DNA of 62,223 nt, the filler included, from an uncultured bacterium (GTDB lineage: Bacteria > CAYJOG01), in NCBI GenBank assembly GCA_964371695.1. It is 15 parts of 15 records of this genome, joined end to end, with 100 filler letters (N's around TTAATTAATTAA, not from the genome) between each part and the next. Parts side by side here need not be neighbours in the genome. Positions count along the whole stretch, not along the records: positions 37,589 to 41,636 come from CAYJOG010000327.1; positions 41,737 to 45,777 come from CAYJOG010000328.1; positions 45,878 to 49,915 come from CAYJOG010000329.1; 12 more parts are not named here. One strand, 5' to 3'. Every line of letters starts with the position of its first letter. The first letter of the stretch is position 1. Shown in pieces: positions 37,590 through 47,522 of this stretch. The translations under genes were made by a program, and so were the position numbers. Under the pieces are notes generated by a model. That model searched no databases. It saw nothing but the letters and a program-made list of their open reading frames with translations, and was not told where the DNA came from.

Positions 37590-38867
37590 GCGGCACTTCT
37601 TCCGGCAGGCCCGGCCCTGGCCAAGGGCAAGCCCGCCCCCAAAGCCAAACCTGCGGCCAAGGCCAAACCCGCCCCCGCAGCGCCGGCCAAAAAGCCCCTC
37701 ATGGTGGGACCCATCACCCTGATGGGCGTGGTGGACACCCGCGCCATCTTCACGGACACCGCCCGTGTGGACAGCACCCTGCCCACCACCGGCCTGAAAA
37801 CCCGCTACACCGGCACGGGCACCGGCTTTGGCGCAGCAGCGGCAGCCCCCGCAGGCGGGCGGCGCATTCTTTTCCGCGTCTCGCAACTGAGCCTGCAGGC
37901 CATGGTGCCCGTGGCCGAAGGCTGGTCTCTCAAAACCCGCCTGAACGCCGACCTGGAACCGGCCCCCACACTGGCGGGGCGCATGAGCCAGGGTTTTGCG
38001 GGCGGCGCCAGCATTGGCGTCATCTATGGCTTTATGCACGGCATCAACAAACTGGGCAAGAACAGTGAAGTCAAGTTGGGGGCCTTCAGCCTGCCCTTTC
38101 TGCACGAAAGCAACGGCCCCATCGGCACGGGCAAATGGACCCTCAGCTCTGGCGCAGCCAGCGCTGCGGTGAAAGGCACCCGCGTGGAGGGCCTGGAAGC
38201 CCACTGGCTCAACCCCGGCAAGGCCACCAAGGGCGGCTTTGTTGTGGGTCTGTTCAACAACGCCGATGGTTATGGCGCGGGCAGTCTGGCCGCCAACGCC
38301 GCCAGCGGCGCCACCAACCACTTCCGCATTCAGGACATCCAGGGCGACATCAGCGCCACCGGCGGCGACCTGGACGGCAACGTGGGGTTCTACCTGGACG
38401 GCCATCTGGAATCCACCAAGGACCTGTGGCAGGTGGACCTGGGATATTTTGACAACGGCGGCGACGTGAAAACCCCCGGCGTCACCGACACCAACTACAT
38501 CGTGGCCGGGGGTCGCGTGAACTTCAGCCCCAACTTTTTGCTGCAAGCCCACTTCATTGACGGCGACAGCAAAAACGCCGTGCCCGCCTCCGCCGACTGG
38601 ACCGCCTTCAGCGTCACCGCCAGCGCCAATTACGAAGCCAACCGCTTCAGCCTGCGCTACGACAAGTTCCAGAACGAAATCAACAACACAGCGGGCCAGC
38701 AAGAGGACGGCTCGGCCTGGACCCTGGCCTATCGCCGCCAGCTCTCGCCTGAGCAGGCCCTGTGGGTGGAATACATCGCCCCGGAAAACTCCCCTACCAC
38801 CGCCGCCGGACGCACCAAAGACGCCCGCGACAACCTGCTGCAGATCGCCTATCAGCATTATTTTTAG
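37590..38867 (+). CDS. Outer-membrane beta-barrel (porin-like) protein, 5' truncated within the signal peptide
   Basis: Frame open from the contig start (AALLPAGPALA, then K/P/A-rich linker); amphipathic strands; C-terminal YQHYF. Confidence 0.75.
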   Translation, partial: AALLPAGPALAKGKPAPKAKPAAKAKPAPAAPAKKPLMVGPITLMGVVDTRAIFTDTARVDSTLPTTGLKTRYTGTGTGFGAAAAAPAGGRRILFRVSQLSLQAMVPVAEGWSLKTRLNADLEPAPTLAGRMSQGFAGGASIGVIYGFMHGINKLGKNSEVKLGAFSLPFLHESNGPIGTGKWTLSSGAASAAVKGTRVEGLEAHWLNPGKATKGGFVVGLFNNADGYGAGSLAANAASGATNHFRIQDIQGDISATGGDLDGNVGFYLDGHLESTKDLWQVDLGYFDNGGDVKTPGVTDTNYIVAGGRVNFSPNFLLQAHFIDGDSKNAVPASADWTAFSVTASANYEANRFSLRYDKFQNEINNTAGQQEDGSAWTLAYRRQLSPEQALWVEYIAPENSPTTAAGRTKDARDNLLQIAYQHYF

Positions 38868-38888
38868 GAAACACGAAACAGAACACAC

Positions 38889-38936
38889 CCCTTCACCCCC
38901 TCTCCCCTTTATGGGGAGAGGGCTGGGGTGAGGGGT
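38889..38936. repeat. CCCTCTCCC-type palindromic repeat; relatives at 48620-48649, 48758-48800 and 58238-58268
   Basis: CCCTCTCCCC-TTTAT-GGGGAGAGGG plus GGGGTGAGGGG tail shared between copies. Confidence 0.75.
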
Positions 38937-38974
38937 CAAACAAAAAGCAAAAAACCGAACAGAAAAATTTCCGG

Positions 38975-39001
38975 GGGCGGGCGTCATGCCCGCCCTCTTT
39001 T
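38975..39001 (+). terminator. Putative intrinsic terminator after the porin gene
   Basis: GGGCGGGC-GTCAT-GCCCGCCC followed by TCTTTT. Confidence 0.5.
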
Positions 39002-39087
39002 GTCTTCTCTTCCAATTTCATGACTAAAATGCCCGGAATGTTGTCCTGTCCCCTGGCCTGAGCCAATCCACACAAAGGAAACCATCT

Positions 39088-40224
39088 GTGAAACTGGCTG
39101 TCCTCAAGGAAACCCACACCGGCGAAACCCGCTGCGCCGCCACACCCGAAACCGTCAAAAAGCTTATCAATCTGGGGTTTTCCGTGGCCATTGAGACCGG
39201 GGCGGGCACAGGCGCGTTTCTGGCCGACAACCTGTTTGAACAGGCCGGGGCCAGCACCTGCCCCACCGCCCAGGCGGCCCTGAAGGACGCCGACGTGGTG
39301 CTGAAGGTGCGCCCCCCCGACGACACAGAACTCGCCGCCATGAAATCCGGCACGGTGCTCATTGGCCTGCTGGAGCCTTACAAGGACCGCGACCGGCTTG
39401 AAAAATACGCCCAGGCCGGTGTGGAGGCTTTTTCCATGGAGTTCTGCCCCCGCATTTCGCGGGCGCAGACCATGGACGTGCTCTCCAGCCAGGCCAATCT
39501 GGCGGGTTACAAGGCAGTGATTGACGCCGCCGCCACCTTTGCCAAGGCCATGCCCATGATGATGACCGCCGCAGGCACCGTGGCCCCGGCGCGGGTGATG
39601 GTGCTGGGGGCCGGTGTGGCGGGGTTGCAGGCCATCGCCACGGCGCGCCGCCTGGGGGCCGTGGTGTGCGCCACCGACGTGCGCCCCGCCGCCAAAGAGC
39701 AGGTGGAAAGCCTGGGGGCCACTTTTGTGATGGTGGACAGCGAAGAAATGAAACAGGCCGAGACCTCGGGCGGTTACGCCAAAGAAATGAGCGAGGACTT
39801 CAAGCGCAAACAGGCCGCCCTGGTGGCCGAGACGGTGCAGAAGCAGGACATCGTGATCTGCACCGCGCTGATACCGGGCCGCCCTGCCCCGCTGCTGGTG
39901 AGCGAAGACATGGTTGGCAGCATGAAACCCGGCTCGGTGATTGTGGACATGGCCGTGGAGCAGGGGGGCAACTGCGCGCTCTCAAAATGTGGCGAAACGG
40001 TGCGCACACCGGGCGGCGTCACCATATTGGGCCACGCCAACATGCCGGGCCGCCTGCCGGTGGACGCCACCGCCCTTTACGCCCGCAACCTGCTGCATTT
40101 CCTCACGCCGCTGGTGAAAGACGGCGCGCTTCACATCAACCACGAAGACGAAATCGTCACCGGCACGGCGCTCACACACGGCGGTGCGGTGGTCCACCCG
40201 ATGTTTGTCAAGGAAGGGGCCTGA
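39088..40224 (+). CDS. pntAA: NAD(P) transhydrogenase alpha subunit, part 1
   Basis: RISRAQTMDVLSSQANLAGYKAV, GAGVAGLQA, GGYAKEMS, TALIPG. Confidence 0.95.
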   Translation: MKLAVLKETHTGETRCAATPETVKKLINLGFSVAIETGAGTGAFLADNLFEQAGASTCPTAQAALKDADVVLKVRPPDDTELAAMKSGTVLIGLLEPYKDRDRLEKYAQAGVEAFSMEFCPRISRAQTMDVLSSQANLAGYKAVIDAAATFAKAMPMMMTAAGTVAPARVMVLGAGVAGLQAIATARRLGAVVCATDVRPAAKEQVESLGATFVMVDSEEMKQAETSGGYAKEMSEDFKRKQAALVAETVQKQDIVICTALIPGRPAPLLVSEDMVGSMKPGSVIVDMAVEQGGNCALSKCGETVRTPGGVTILGHANMPGRLPVDATALYARNLLHFLTPLVKDGALHINHEDEIVTGTALTHGGAVVHPMFVKEGA

Positions 40225-40227
40225 GCC

Positions 40228-40554
40228 ATGGCCGAGATTGACCCGTTTATTTTTCGCCTCGCCATTTTTGTGCTGGCGGTGTTTGTGGGTTATTACGTGG
40301 TGTGGTCGGTGACCCCCGCGCTGCACACGCCGCTCATGGCCGTCACCAACGCCATCAGTTCGGTGATCATTGTGGGCGCGCTGCTGGCCACGGGGGCCAA
40401 GGCGCTGGACAGCGCCGGAACCCTGAGCAAAGGTTTTGGTTTTGTGGCGCTGCTGCTGGTGTCGGTGAACATCTTTGGCGGTTTTCTGGTGACCCAGCGC
40501 ATGTTGGCCATGTACAAAAAGAAACCCAAACCCGGCCTGGAGGCGAAAAAATGA
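40228..40554 (+). CDS. pntAB: NAD(P) transhydrogenase alpha subunit, part 2
   Basis: VTPALHTPLMAVTNAISS, NIFGGFLVTQRML. Confidence 0.95.
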   Translation: MAEIDPFIFRLAIFVLAVFVGYYVVWSVTPALHTPLMAVTNAISSVIIVGALLATGAKALDSAGTLSKGFGFVALLLVSVNIFGGFLVTQRMLAMYKKKPKPGLEAKK

Positions 40555-41636
40555 GCGCCGATCTGGCCGCGTTGTTTTATCTCGTGAGCGGTGTGCTGTT
40601 CATTCTGGCGCTCCGGGGGCTTTCCAGCCCCGAAACCGCCCAGCGGGGCAACCTGCAGGGCATGTTGGGCATGGCCATCGCCATCCTCACCACGCTGTTT
40701 TTTCTGGGGTCGGGCGACGGCCTGACCTGGGGCCTGATTGTGGGGGGCATCGCCATTGGCGGCGGCGCGGGGGCAATCATCGCCCGGCGCGTGGCCATGA
40801 CCGCCATGCCCGAACTGGTGGCGGCGTTTCACAGTCTGGTGGGTCTCTCGGCGGTGTTTGTGGCCGCTGCGGCGCTTTACAGCCCTGCCGCTTTTGGCGT
40901 GGGCACGGTGGGGCACATCCACACCGCCAGCCTCATCGAAATGTCCCTGGGCGCGGCCATCGGCGCGGTCACTTTCAGCGGCTCGGGCATCGCCTTCATG
41001 AAACTCAAGGGCGCCATGAGCGGCGCACCCATCGTGTTCAAGGGCCAGCACGCGCTGAACGCCCTGCTGGGCCTGACGCTGCTGGGTCTGGTGGCGTGGT
41101 TCTGCACCAGCGCCGAGCCCCTGGCCTTTTGGGGCGTCGCGGCCTTGAGCCTGCTTTTGGGCGTGCTCACCATCATTCCCATCGGCGGGGCGGACATGCC
41201 GGTGGTGGTGTCCATGCTCAACAGCTATTCGGGCTGGGCGGCGGCGGGCATCGGCTTCACGCTGGGCAACACGGCGCTCATCATCACCGGCGCGCTGGTG
41301 GGCAGTTCGGGGGCCATTCTCAGCTACATCATGTGCAAGGGCATGAACCGCCCCTTCTTCAGCGTGATTCTGGGGGGCTTTGGCGGCGAGAGCGGCCCGG
41401 CGGGCGCAGGCGCGGGGGGCGAACGCAAACCCGTGAAACAGGGCAGCGCCGAAGACGCCGCCTTCATCCTGAAAAACGCCGGCTCGGTCATCATCGTGCC
41501 CGGTTATGGCATGGCGGTGGCCCAGGCCCAGCACGCGCTGCGCGAGATGGCCGACCTGCTCAAGGCGGAGGGTGTCGAGGTCAAGTACGCCATCCATCCG
41601 GTGGCCGGCCGCATGCCCGGGCACATGAACGTGCTG
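40551..41636 (+). CDS. pntB: NAD(P) transhydrogenase beta subunit (3' truncated)
   Basis: MPELVAAFHS, IGGADMPVVVSMLNSYSG, PGYGMAVAQAQ, HPVAGRMPGHMNVL. Confidence 0.96.
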
Positions 41637-41736
41637 NNNNNNNNNNNNNNNNNNNNNNNNNNNNNNNNNNNNNNNNNNNNTTAATTAATTAANNNNNNNN
41701 NNNNNNNNNNNNNNNNNNNNNNNNNNNNNNNNNNNN

Positions 41737-41876
41737 CCCCGGGGGGTTTCCAGTGAGAATTTGGGTGGGGGTTTTCCCATGTTTGCGAAAGCCGCCATGA
41801 CGCCCTGCGGGGCGAACAGCGCCACACCAAACAGCAGCGCCGCCAGAGATAAAACAGTTTTTTGGCGTGTGAGCAT
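41737..41876 (-). CDS. Secreted redoxin/TlpA-like protein, N-terminal fragment (truncated)
   Basis: Strong AAGGAGG RBS, signal peptide, GKPPPKFSL resembling the G..AP.F.L redoxin start. Confidence 0.45.
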
Positions 41877-41889
41877 GGCCCTTCCTCCT

Positions 41890-43668
41890 TTAGAAATACG
41901 TGTTGGCGAAACCAAAGATGGAGAAGTGTTTGTAGTGGTCGGCGATGGTAAACGGGTCGGTGTTGACAATGTAAGGCGTGAGGCTGCGCGCCCATTTCAT
42001 GCCCAGACCGATGTCCATTCTGGGGGTCACCCGGTATTGATACATCATTTCAATCAAGCGGCGGTTAGCACCATAGCCGTAGCTTTCCAGGTAGCTGGTG
42101 GAAAGCCCCGGCGCCAGGGAGTGGCTCTCAGCCCGGCGATATTTCAGGTGGAACGACCAGTCGTCTTTCTTGAAGTTCTTGCCCCAGTCCAGGCCCATTT
42201 GAAAAGCGGTGTCCTGATTGCTCACGCTGGCCCCAGTGTTTTTGGCGTATTCAAACCACAGGTTCTTGAACAGACCGATGCTCTTGTCGATCCAGAAGCT
42301 GAGGATGGTGTATTTGTCGCTGGCCGCCGCCAGACCGCCCGGCACTTCGGGGTAGTAGTCCATGAGCGTGCGGTTGGCCAGCAGGTTCTGCAACTGGCCG
42401 GCCTTGGTTTCATACAGGTCGGCCTGTCCCCGCAAAAGGGCCGCGCCTTCGGGGTCTGTGGCGGCGAGGCCAGCGGCCTGCCCCCGCAAACCGGCGGCGT
42501 CCTTCACCAGTTTGTCAGCCGTCACCGAGAGCGCGCCGGGCACGGTGATCCAGTCCGGCAGTTCGGGCACATGCACATAGGCAATGCCCATTTCGTTTTT
42601 GTCGCTGAAGAACGGGCCACGCAGATAAAACAGCCAGGCGTCGGCGTCAGCGTTTTCCACGGGGTCGTTGACAATGGACTTGGCCAGGGGGCTGTAATCA
42701 GCGTTTTCGGCGATTTTGTCATAACTGGCCCAGAAGATGTAATCACCGAAATAGTCAAACGTGGCGCTGATGCCGTGCAGGCTGCTGCGGGGGGCCACCG
42801 TGTCCACCACCAGCCCCTTGCCGATGGTGCTCTGGGTGCGCCCGGCCACCACGGCCACCTTGTCATTCACGTCCCAGCGGATGGTGGCCTGATCCATGAC
42901 AGTGTCGAAGTCATAGCGGCCTTCGCTGCCGGGATATCGCGTGTCCAGCGTGCCGGAGTTGGGCACACGGCCAAAGTTGGCGTCGTTGGTGAGTTGGGTC
43001 GTGAGCGTCACGTCGTCGTCAATTTCGCTGGTGAACTTGAGGCGCGTGCGCAGCTTCATGTTGCTGTCGTTGTTCACGTCGCGGCGGCGGGTGGTCTTGA
43101 GGGTAATGGGCGCGCCCGCAGGCAGGCCGGAGAAATCGCTGCCGTCGTACTGTGCGGCATTTTCGGTGGCGTCGATGTTCTCCCACCGGAACTCCATGGT
43201 GCCGTTGGGCTGGAACCACTCGGCCTTGTCTTCCAGCACATGCACCCGTTCCTTCAGCCCTTCTGTCTCGGCGCTGACCAGATCCACGGAATCCTGCAAA
43301 TCCCACAGGCGGTCGTCAATCTTGCGGATCTGGTCCTTGAAGGAATCCTTCATTTCCAGCAGGGCCACCACGTCGCCCTTCACCACATTGGGTTTTCCGC
43401 CGCCATCAGCCAGGAGTTTTTCAACGTGTTCCAGGGTTTTGACGATGGACAGGGCGGCCTCGTAGGCGCTCAGGGACTTGTCAGACGCGAACTGTTCCTG
43501 TTTCAGCCCTTTGAGAAACCCTTTCTCATGCAGACCCTTGAGGGTCTGATATTCCCACGAGCTTTCGGGAATGTCCGCGAAGAGGTCCAGGGACCCCTGC
43601 TCGGCACGGGCGGTGGCGGAAACCCCCGCCATGAGAAAACTTGCTGCAAGAAGAAACTTTTTCACCAT
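41890..43668 (-). CDS. SLH-domain / coiled-coil / beta-barrel outer membrane protein (OmpM/SlpA-like)
   Basis: Signal peptide; FADIPESSWEY..LKGL...SAYEAA SLH-like motif; heptad-rich stalk; barrel ending NTYF. Confidence 0.8.
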   Translation of the reverse strand: MVKKFLLAASFLMAGVSATARAEQGSLDLFADIPESSWEYQTLKGLHEKGFLKGLKQEQFASDKSLSAYEAALSIVKTLEHVEKLLADGGGKPNVVKGDVVALLEMKDSFKDQIRKIDDRLWDLQDSVDLVSAETEGLKERVHVLEDKAEWFQPNGTMEFRWENIDATENAAQYDGSDFSGLPAGAPITLKTTRRRDVNNDSNMKLRTRLKFTSEIDDDVTLTTQLTNDANFGRVPNSGTLDTRYPGSEGRYDFDTVMDQATIRWDVNDKVAVVAGRTQSTIGKGLVVDTVAPRSSLHGISATFDYFGDYIFWASYDKIAENADYSPLAKSIVNDPVENADADAWLFYLRGPFFSDKNEMGIAYVHVPELPDWITVPGALSVTADKLVKDAAGLRGQAAGLAATDPEGAALLRGQADLYETKAGQLQNLLANRTLMDYYPEVPGGLAAASDKYTILSFWIDKSIGLFKNLWFEYAKNTGASVSNQDTAFQMGLDWGKNFKKDDWSFHLKYRRAESHSLAPGLSTSYLESYGYGANRRLIEMMYQYRVTPRMDIGLGMKWARSLTPYIVNTDPFTIADHYKHFSIFGFANTYF

Positions 43669-43683
43669 GTCCTCCTGTTCGGA

Positions 43684-45777
43684 TTAGGTGTTGCTGTTGA
43701 AGAAGGTAATGATTTCGCGCCGGGCCTGGCCGGAGTTGGGAGAAACAAGATCAAGGAAGAACCCGTGGTTGGCGCTGAAATAAGACCGTGTGGTGGTGAC
43801 TTTGCCATTGCTGAGCACTGAATAAAGGGCGTCGGCGGTGGAGGACTTGAACACCTTGTCATCGGTGGCGTGCTGCAGATGCACCGGCACCTTGATGTTC
43901 CCCGCCCAGTTCAGCGGGTCGCCGCCGGTAAAGGCCTTCTGACCGGTGCTGTTCAGGCCGGAGACAAAGGCCTCAAGGCCGCTGGTGGTGGCGGTCTGGC
44001 ACGTGCCATAAACCTGGAGCAGCGGGTTGGGACAGGAAGCCCCCACCAGTGCCTGGGCAATGGCCCCAAAGGACACGTCGTCGGTGGTGTTCAGCAGGGT
44101 GCCCCAGTTGGCCCCCCCCACATTGAACACCGCACTGCGCACACGCCCTGCGGGTGCGGCGGTGGTGGTGTCGGTGTTGGTGTTCACGGCCACGCTGATG
44201 GCCCCGATCATCACACCCAGGCTCATGCCCACATAATGCAGCCGCCGCGGATTGAGGTTGATGCTTTCGCCGTTGGTCCCCAGCCAGTTGAACAACGCCC
44301 GCTGGTCTTCCACGGTCTGTATCTGGTTATCACGCAGATAAAGAGCGGCCAGATAGGATTTGCTGCTGGGCTGAATGGGGGTGCCGTTTACTAGCGTGGG
44401 CTGGGGCACCAGTGCGTTGAGTTGCGCGCTCACGGCGGCGGGCACACCACAGCCGAAATAGTTGAAGAGATAACCCGCGCCGTTGGGCACGCTGGAACCC
44501 GTGGCCGCCAGCACAGCGCTGGTGACCTGACACAGGTTGCCGTTGGTGTCGGTGGTGGCCCCGGCGGCGGCGGTGAACTCATCCATCGCCAGCGCAGCGC
44601 CGGTGCTGGTTTCACCACCGGGCAGGCGGCGTCCGTGCATCACGGCGTCAATGCCCATCACGGCAAATCCGGCCCGCACAAAATCATCGGCAATCATGAA
44701 CATGTCTGCCGCCTGACGGGTCACGCCGTGCTGATAAACAATCACCGGCCAGCCGCCGCTGGGGGCCTGCCCCACGGGGGTCAGCAGAAAACCGCGCACG
44801 GTGGTATAGGTCCAGGCGCGGCCCAGCGTGGCGCTGCCAATGTCCCGGCCATAGACAAAAGTGTTGTTCTGGCTGTCATAAGCAAAGGCAGAGGCTTCGT
44901 AAATGTCAAAGTTAGGCTTTACTTCGATGCCGAAACCACGGTAGTTGTCCAGCGTGATGGCCCTGGTTTTCCAGTTGGTGGGGGCAGCCACGGCGGCCGG
45001 CCAGTTCGCCAGCGCCACCGGCGTGGCCCCAAGGGCCGCCATGCCCGCGTCCAGCCCTGCCGCAGACTGCTGGGCCTGTGTCAGCGACGTGCTCAACGCC
45101 TGATTCAACTGAGTAGAGAGTTGGGTGTCCGCCGGGGGCAGCGTGGTGCCCGCAGGCAGGGCCGCCGCCAGCACGGCGGGGTTGTTCAGGGCCAGGGTAA
45201 AGATGGTGCCCGCGCCGGTGGCCGGGTTGGCCAGGCGGTCGGCCACAATCGGATTGCTGGCCGACAGGTCCGCCACCGCGATGGGGAAAGCTCCCGCCTG
45301 ACCGGTGAGGTAACTGTTCACCGCAGCGGTGAGCTGCGCGCCGGTGGCGGCCACCGTGGCATATCCCCGCACGGTGCTGTTGATGGCGCTGTAGGTAAAG
45401 GAATCCGTCGCGCTCAGGTTCACCAGATAATCCAGCACCATGGCGAGGCCGGTTTTGTCTGGCGTGATGTCCACGTCTTCCATGGCCACACGGTCGTGGC
45501 TGTCGCCGGGCAACAGATAGGTCCACAGGGTTTTGCTGCCGGTCAGTGTAAAAGTGGCGCTGAGTTTGTAGAGCTTGTTCTTGGCCAGCGAAAGCTTGAA
45601 TCGCCCCACACTGTCGGTGGTGGCGGTGCCGACCGTGGTGCTCGTCGCCACACCTGTCAGGGGGCTGACATCAATCTGAGTCGCCGTGATGGTGGCGTTC
45701 AGGCTGGTGGCGCTGGCGGCCCGGCTGGTGACTTGGGCTGCGCCAAGGTCCACCGTGCCCTGCTCCAGGGCATAACC
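43684..45777 (-). CDS. Extracellular lipase, VolA/Pla-1-like (5' truncated)
   Basis: GWPVIVYQHG, GIDAVMHG, RDN..Q..D, GMSLG nucleophile, GDPLN, NHG. Confidence 0.8.
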   Translation of the reverse strand, partial: GYALEQGTVDLGAAQVTSRAASATSLNATITATQIDVSPLTGVATSTTVGTATTDSVGRFKLSLAKNKLYKLSATFTLTGSKTLWTYLLPGDSHDRVAMEDVDITPDKTGLAMVLDYLVNLSATDSFTYSAINSTVRGYATVAATGAQLTAAVNSYLTGQAGAFPIAVADLSASNPIVADRLANPATGAGTIFTLALNNPAVLAAALPAGTTLPPADTQLSTQLNQALSTSLTQAQQSAAGLDAGMAALGATPVALANWPAAVAAPTNWKTRAITLDNYRGFGIEVKPNFDIYEASAFAYDSQNNTFVYGRDIGSATLGRAWTYTTVRGFLLTPVGQAPSGGWPVIVYQHGVTRQAADMFMIADDFVRAGFAVMGIDAVMHGRRLPGGETSTGAALAMDEFTAAAGATTDTNGNLCQVTSAVLAATGSSVPNGAGYLFNYFGCGVPAAVSAQLNALVPQPTLVNGTPIQPSSKSYLAALYLRDNQIQTVEDQRALFNWLGTNGESINLNPRRLHYVGMSLGVMIGAISVAVNTNTDTTTAAPAGRVRSAVFNVGGANWGTLLNTTDDVSFGAIAQALVGASCPNPLLQVYGTCQTATTSGLEAFVSGLNSTGQKAFTGGDPLNWAGNIKVPVHLQHATDDKVFKSSTADALYSVLSNGKVTTTRSYFSANHGFFLDLVSPNSGQARREIITFFNSNT

Positions 45778-45974
45778 NNNNNNNNNNNNNNNNNNNNNNN
45801 NNNNNNNNNNNNNNNNNNNNNTTAATTAATTAANNNNNNNNNNNNNNNNNNNNNNNNNNNNNNNNNNNNNNNNNNNNTCATGAACCCGCACCGGCCTTTG
45901 ACAGAGACCCCACACTTTAGGCGGCCCGGCGCGACTTGCAACCATGTTGCAATTCATGCTGCTACACTGACCCC

Positions 45975-47522
45975 GTGCTGAGCGTTCTGGTTCATCCGCC
46001 CCAGCGCATTGATCCCCGCAATGTGGCCAGCGGCATAGTCATTCCACCCCTGTGGCTGGGGGGGCTGGCGGCCCTGTTGCGCCAGCAGGGCCATGAGGTG
46101 TCACTTGTGGACGGCACCGGCGAGGGCCTGGGGCAAAAATTTCACCACGGCCTGGGCACGTTCCGGGGCCTGACGTTTGAAGAAATCGGCAGACGGATTC
46201 CCCAGGGCGCAGACGTGATTGGCCTGAGTTGCATGTTTTCCAGTTCCTGGCCCATGGTGCGGGGTCTGCTGCACCATCTGAAAAAATCCCACCCCCGTTC
46301 GCTGCTGATGCTGGGGGGCGAACATCCGAGCGCCATGCCTGCAGAAGTGATGGCCGAGGCCCCCGTGGACCTGCTGGTGAGCGGTGAAGGTGAAGCCACC
46401 GCCACCGAGGTGTGGGCGCGCCTGCGCGAGGCCGCCGAACGGGGCGAAAACCTGCGCGGCCTGTCGTGGTTGGGTGTGGCGGGTGTGGTGTGGCGAAGCG
46501 CCGGGGGAGAAATCGTGCAGGAAGACCGCCGCCCCCGCCTGCGCGCGCTGGACCACCTGCCCTCACCGGACTGGGCGGGGATTCCCGTGGCGGATTATCT
46601 GCGCCTGGGCAAGGGGCACGGCGCGTATCAGGGGGCCTTCATGCCGCTGTTGGCCACGCGGGGTTGCCCCTATCGCTGCACCTTCTGCGCCAGCGCCAGC
46701 ATGTGGACGCCGCTGTGGATTCCTCGTGATCCGGCGCGTGTGGTGGACGAAATGGAGGACTATCACCAGCGGTTCGGGGCCACCGATTTTCATTTTGTGG
46801 ACATGACCTTTGTGCTGAAAAAAGACTGGGCCGAAAAGTTCTGCGCCGAGATAGACAAGCGCCATCTGAAAGTGACCTGGCAACTGCCCGGCGGCACACG
46901 CACCGAGGCCATCACCCCGGACCTCGCCCGGCGCATGGCCCACAGCGGCCTCACCCACATGGCTTTCGCCGTGGAATCGGGCGATGAAGCCACACTGGAA
47001 AAATCCAGAAAACGCCTGAACCTGAATAAACAGATGGCCGCCGCCCGCGCCGCCCGGCGGGTGGGCATTCACCTGTTCGGTTTTTTCATCATTGGGTTTC
47101 CTTATGAAACCCGCAAAAGCCTGTGGCGCACGTGGGTGCAGATTTTGCGGGCCGCCCTGTGGGGTTATCACGAAATCAACATCACCGCCTTTGGCCCCCT
47201 GCCCGGCACCGAAGATTTCAACACCCTGCGCCAGCAGGGAAAAATCACGGTGAACGACGCTTTTTACACCGACCTCTTCAACCTGGCCAGCCTGGGGAAA
47301 CAGAAATCTTACAGCCCTGTATTGAGCGACACGGGCCTGCGGCGGACCATCACGTTTGGCCTGCTGAGTTTTTTCATGGTGAGTTGGGCGCTGAGACCCT
47401 GGCGGTTTTTGCGCGAAGCCGCCGAGGCGCTGCGGGGGTCGCGCAGCAGGGCCAAGCTGGTGCGGTTTGTGCGCAGCGTGCGCGAGATGAGGGATTTAAG
47501 AACGGTGGCCACGCCGCCATGA
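45975..47522 (+). CDS. Cobalamin-binding radical SAM enzyme
   Basis: B12-binding region (GLSCMFS, GGEHPS, GEGE), TRGCPYRCTFC, ESG, IIGFPYET. Confidence 0.92.
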   Translation: MLSVLVHPPQRIDPRNVASGIVIPPLWLGGLAALLRQQGHEVSLVDGTGEGLGQKFHHGLGTFRGLTFEEIGRRIPQGADVIGLSCMFSSSWPMVRGLLHHLKKSHPRSLLMLGGEHPSAMPAEVMAEAPVDLLVSGEGEATATEVWARLREAAERGENLRGLSWLGVAGVVWRSAGGEIVQEDRRPRLRALDHLPSPDWAGIPVADYLRLGKGHGAYQGAFMPLLATRGCPYRCTFCASASMWTPLWIPRDPARVVDEMEDYHQRFGATDFHFVDMTFVLKKDWAEKFCAEIDKRHLKVTWQLPGGTRTEAITPDLARRMAHSGLTHMAFAVESGDEATLEKSRKRLNLNKQMAAARAARRVGIHLFGFFIIGFPYETRKSLWRTWVQILRAALWGYHEINITAFGPLPGTEDFNTLRQQGKITVNDAFYTDLFNLASLGKQKSYSPVLSDTGLRRTITFGLLSFFMVSWALRPWRFLREAAEALRGSRSRAKLVRFVRSVREMRDLRTVATPP

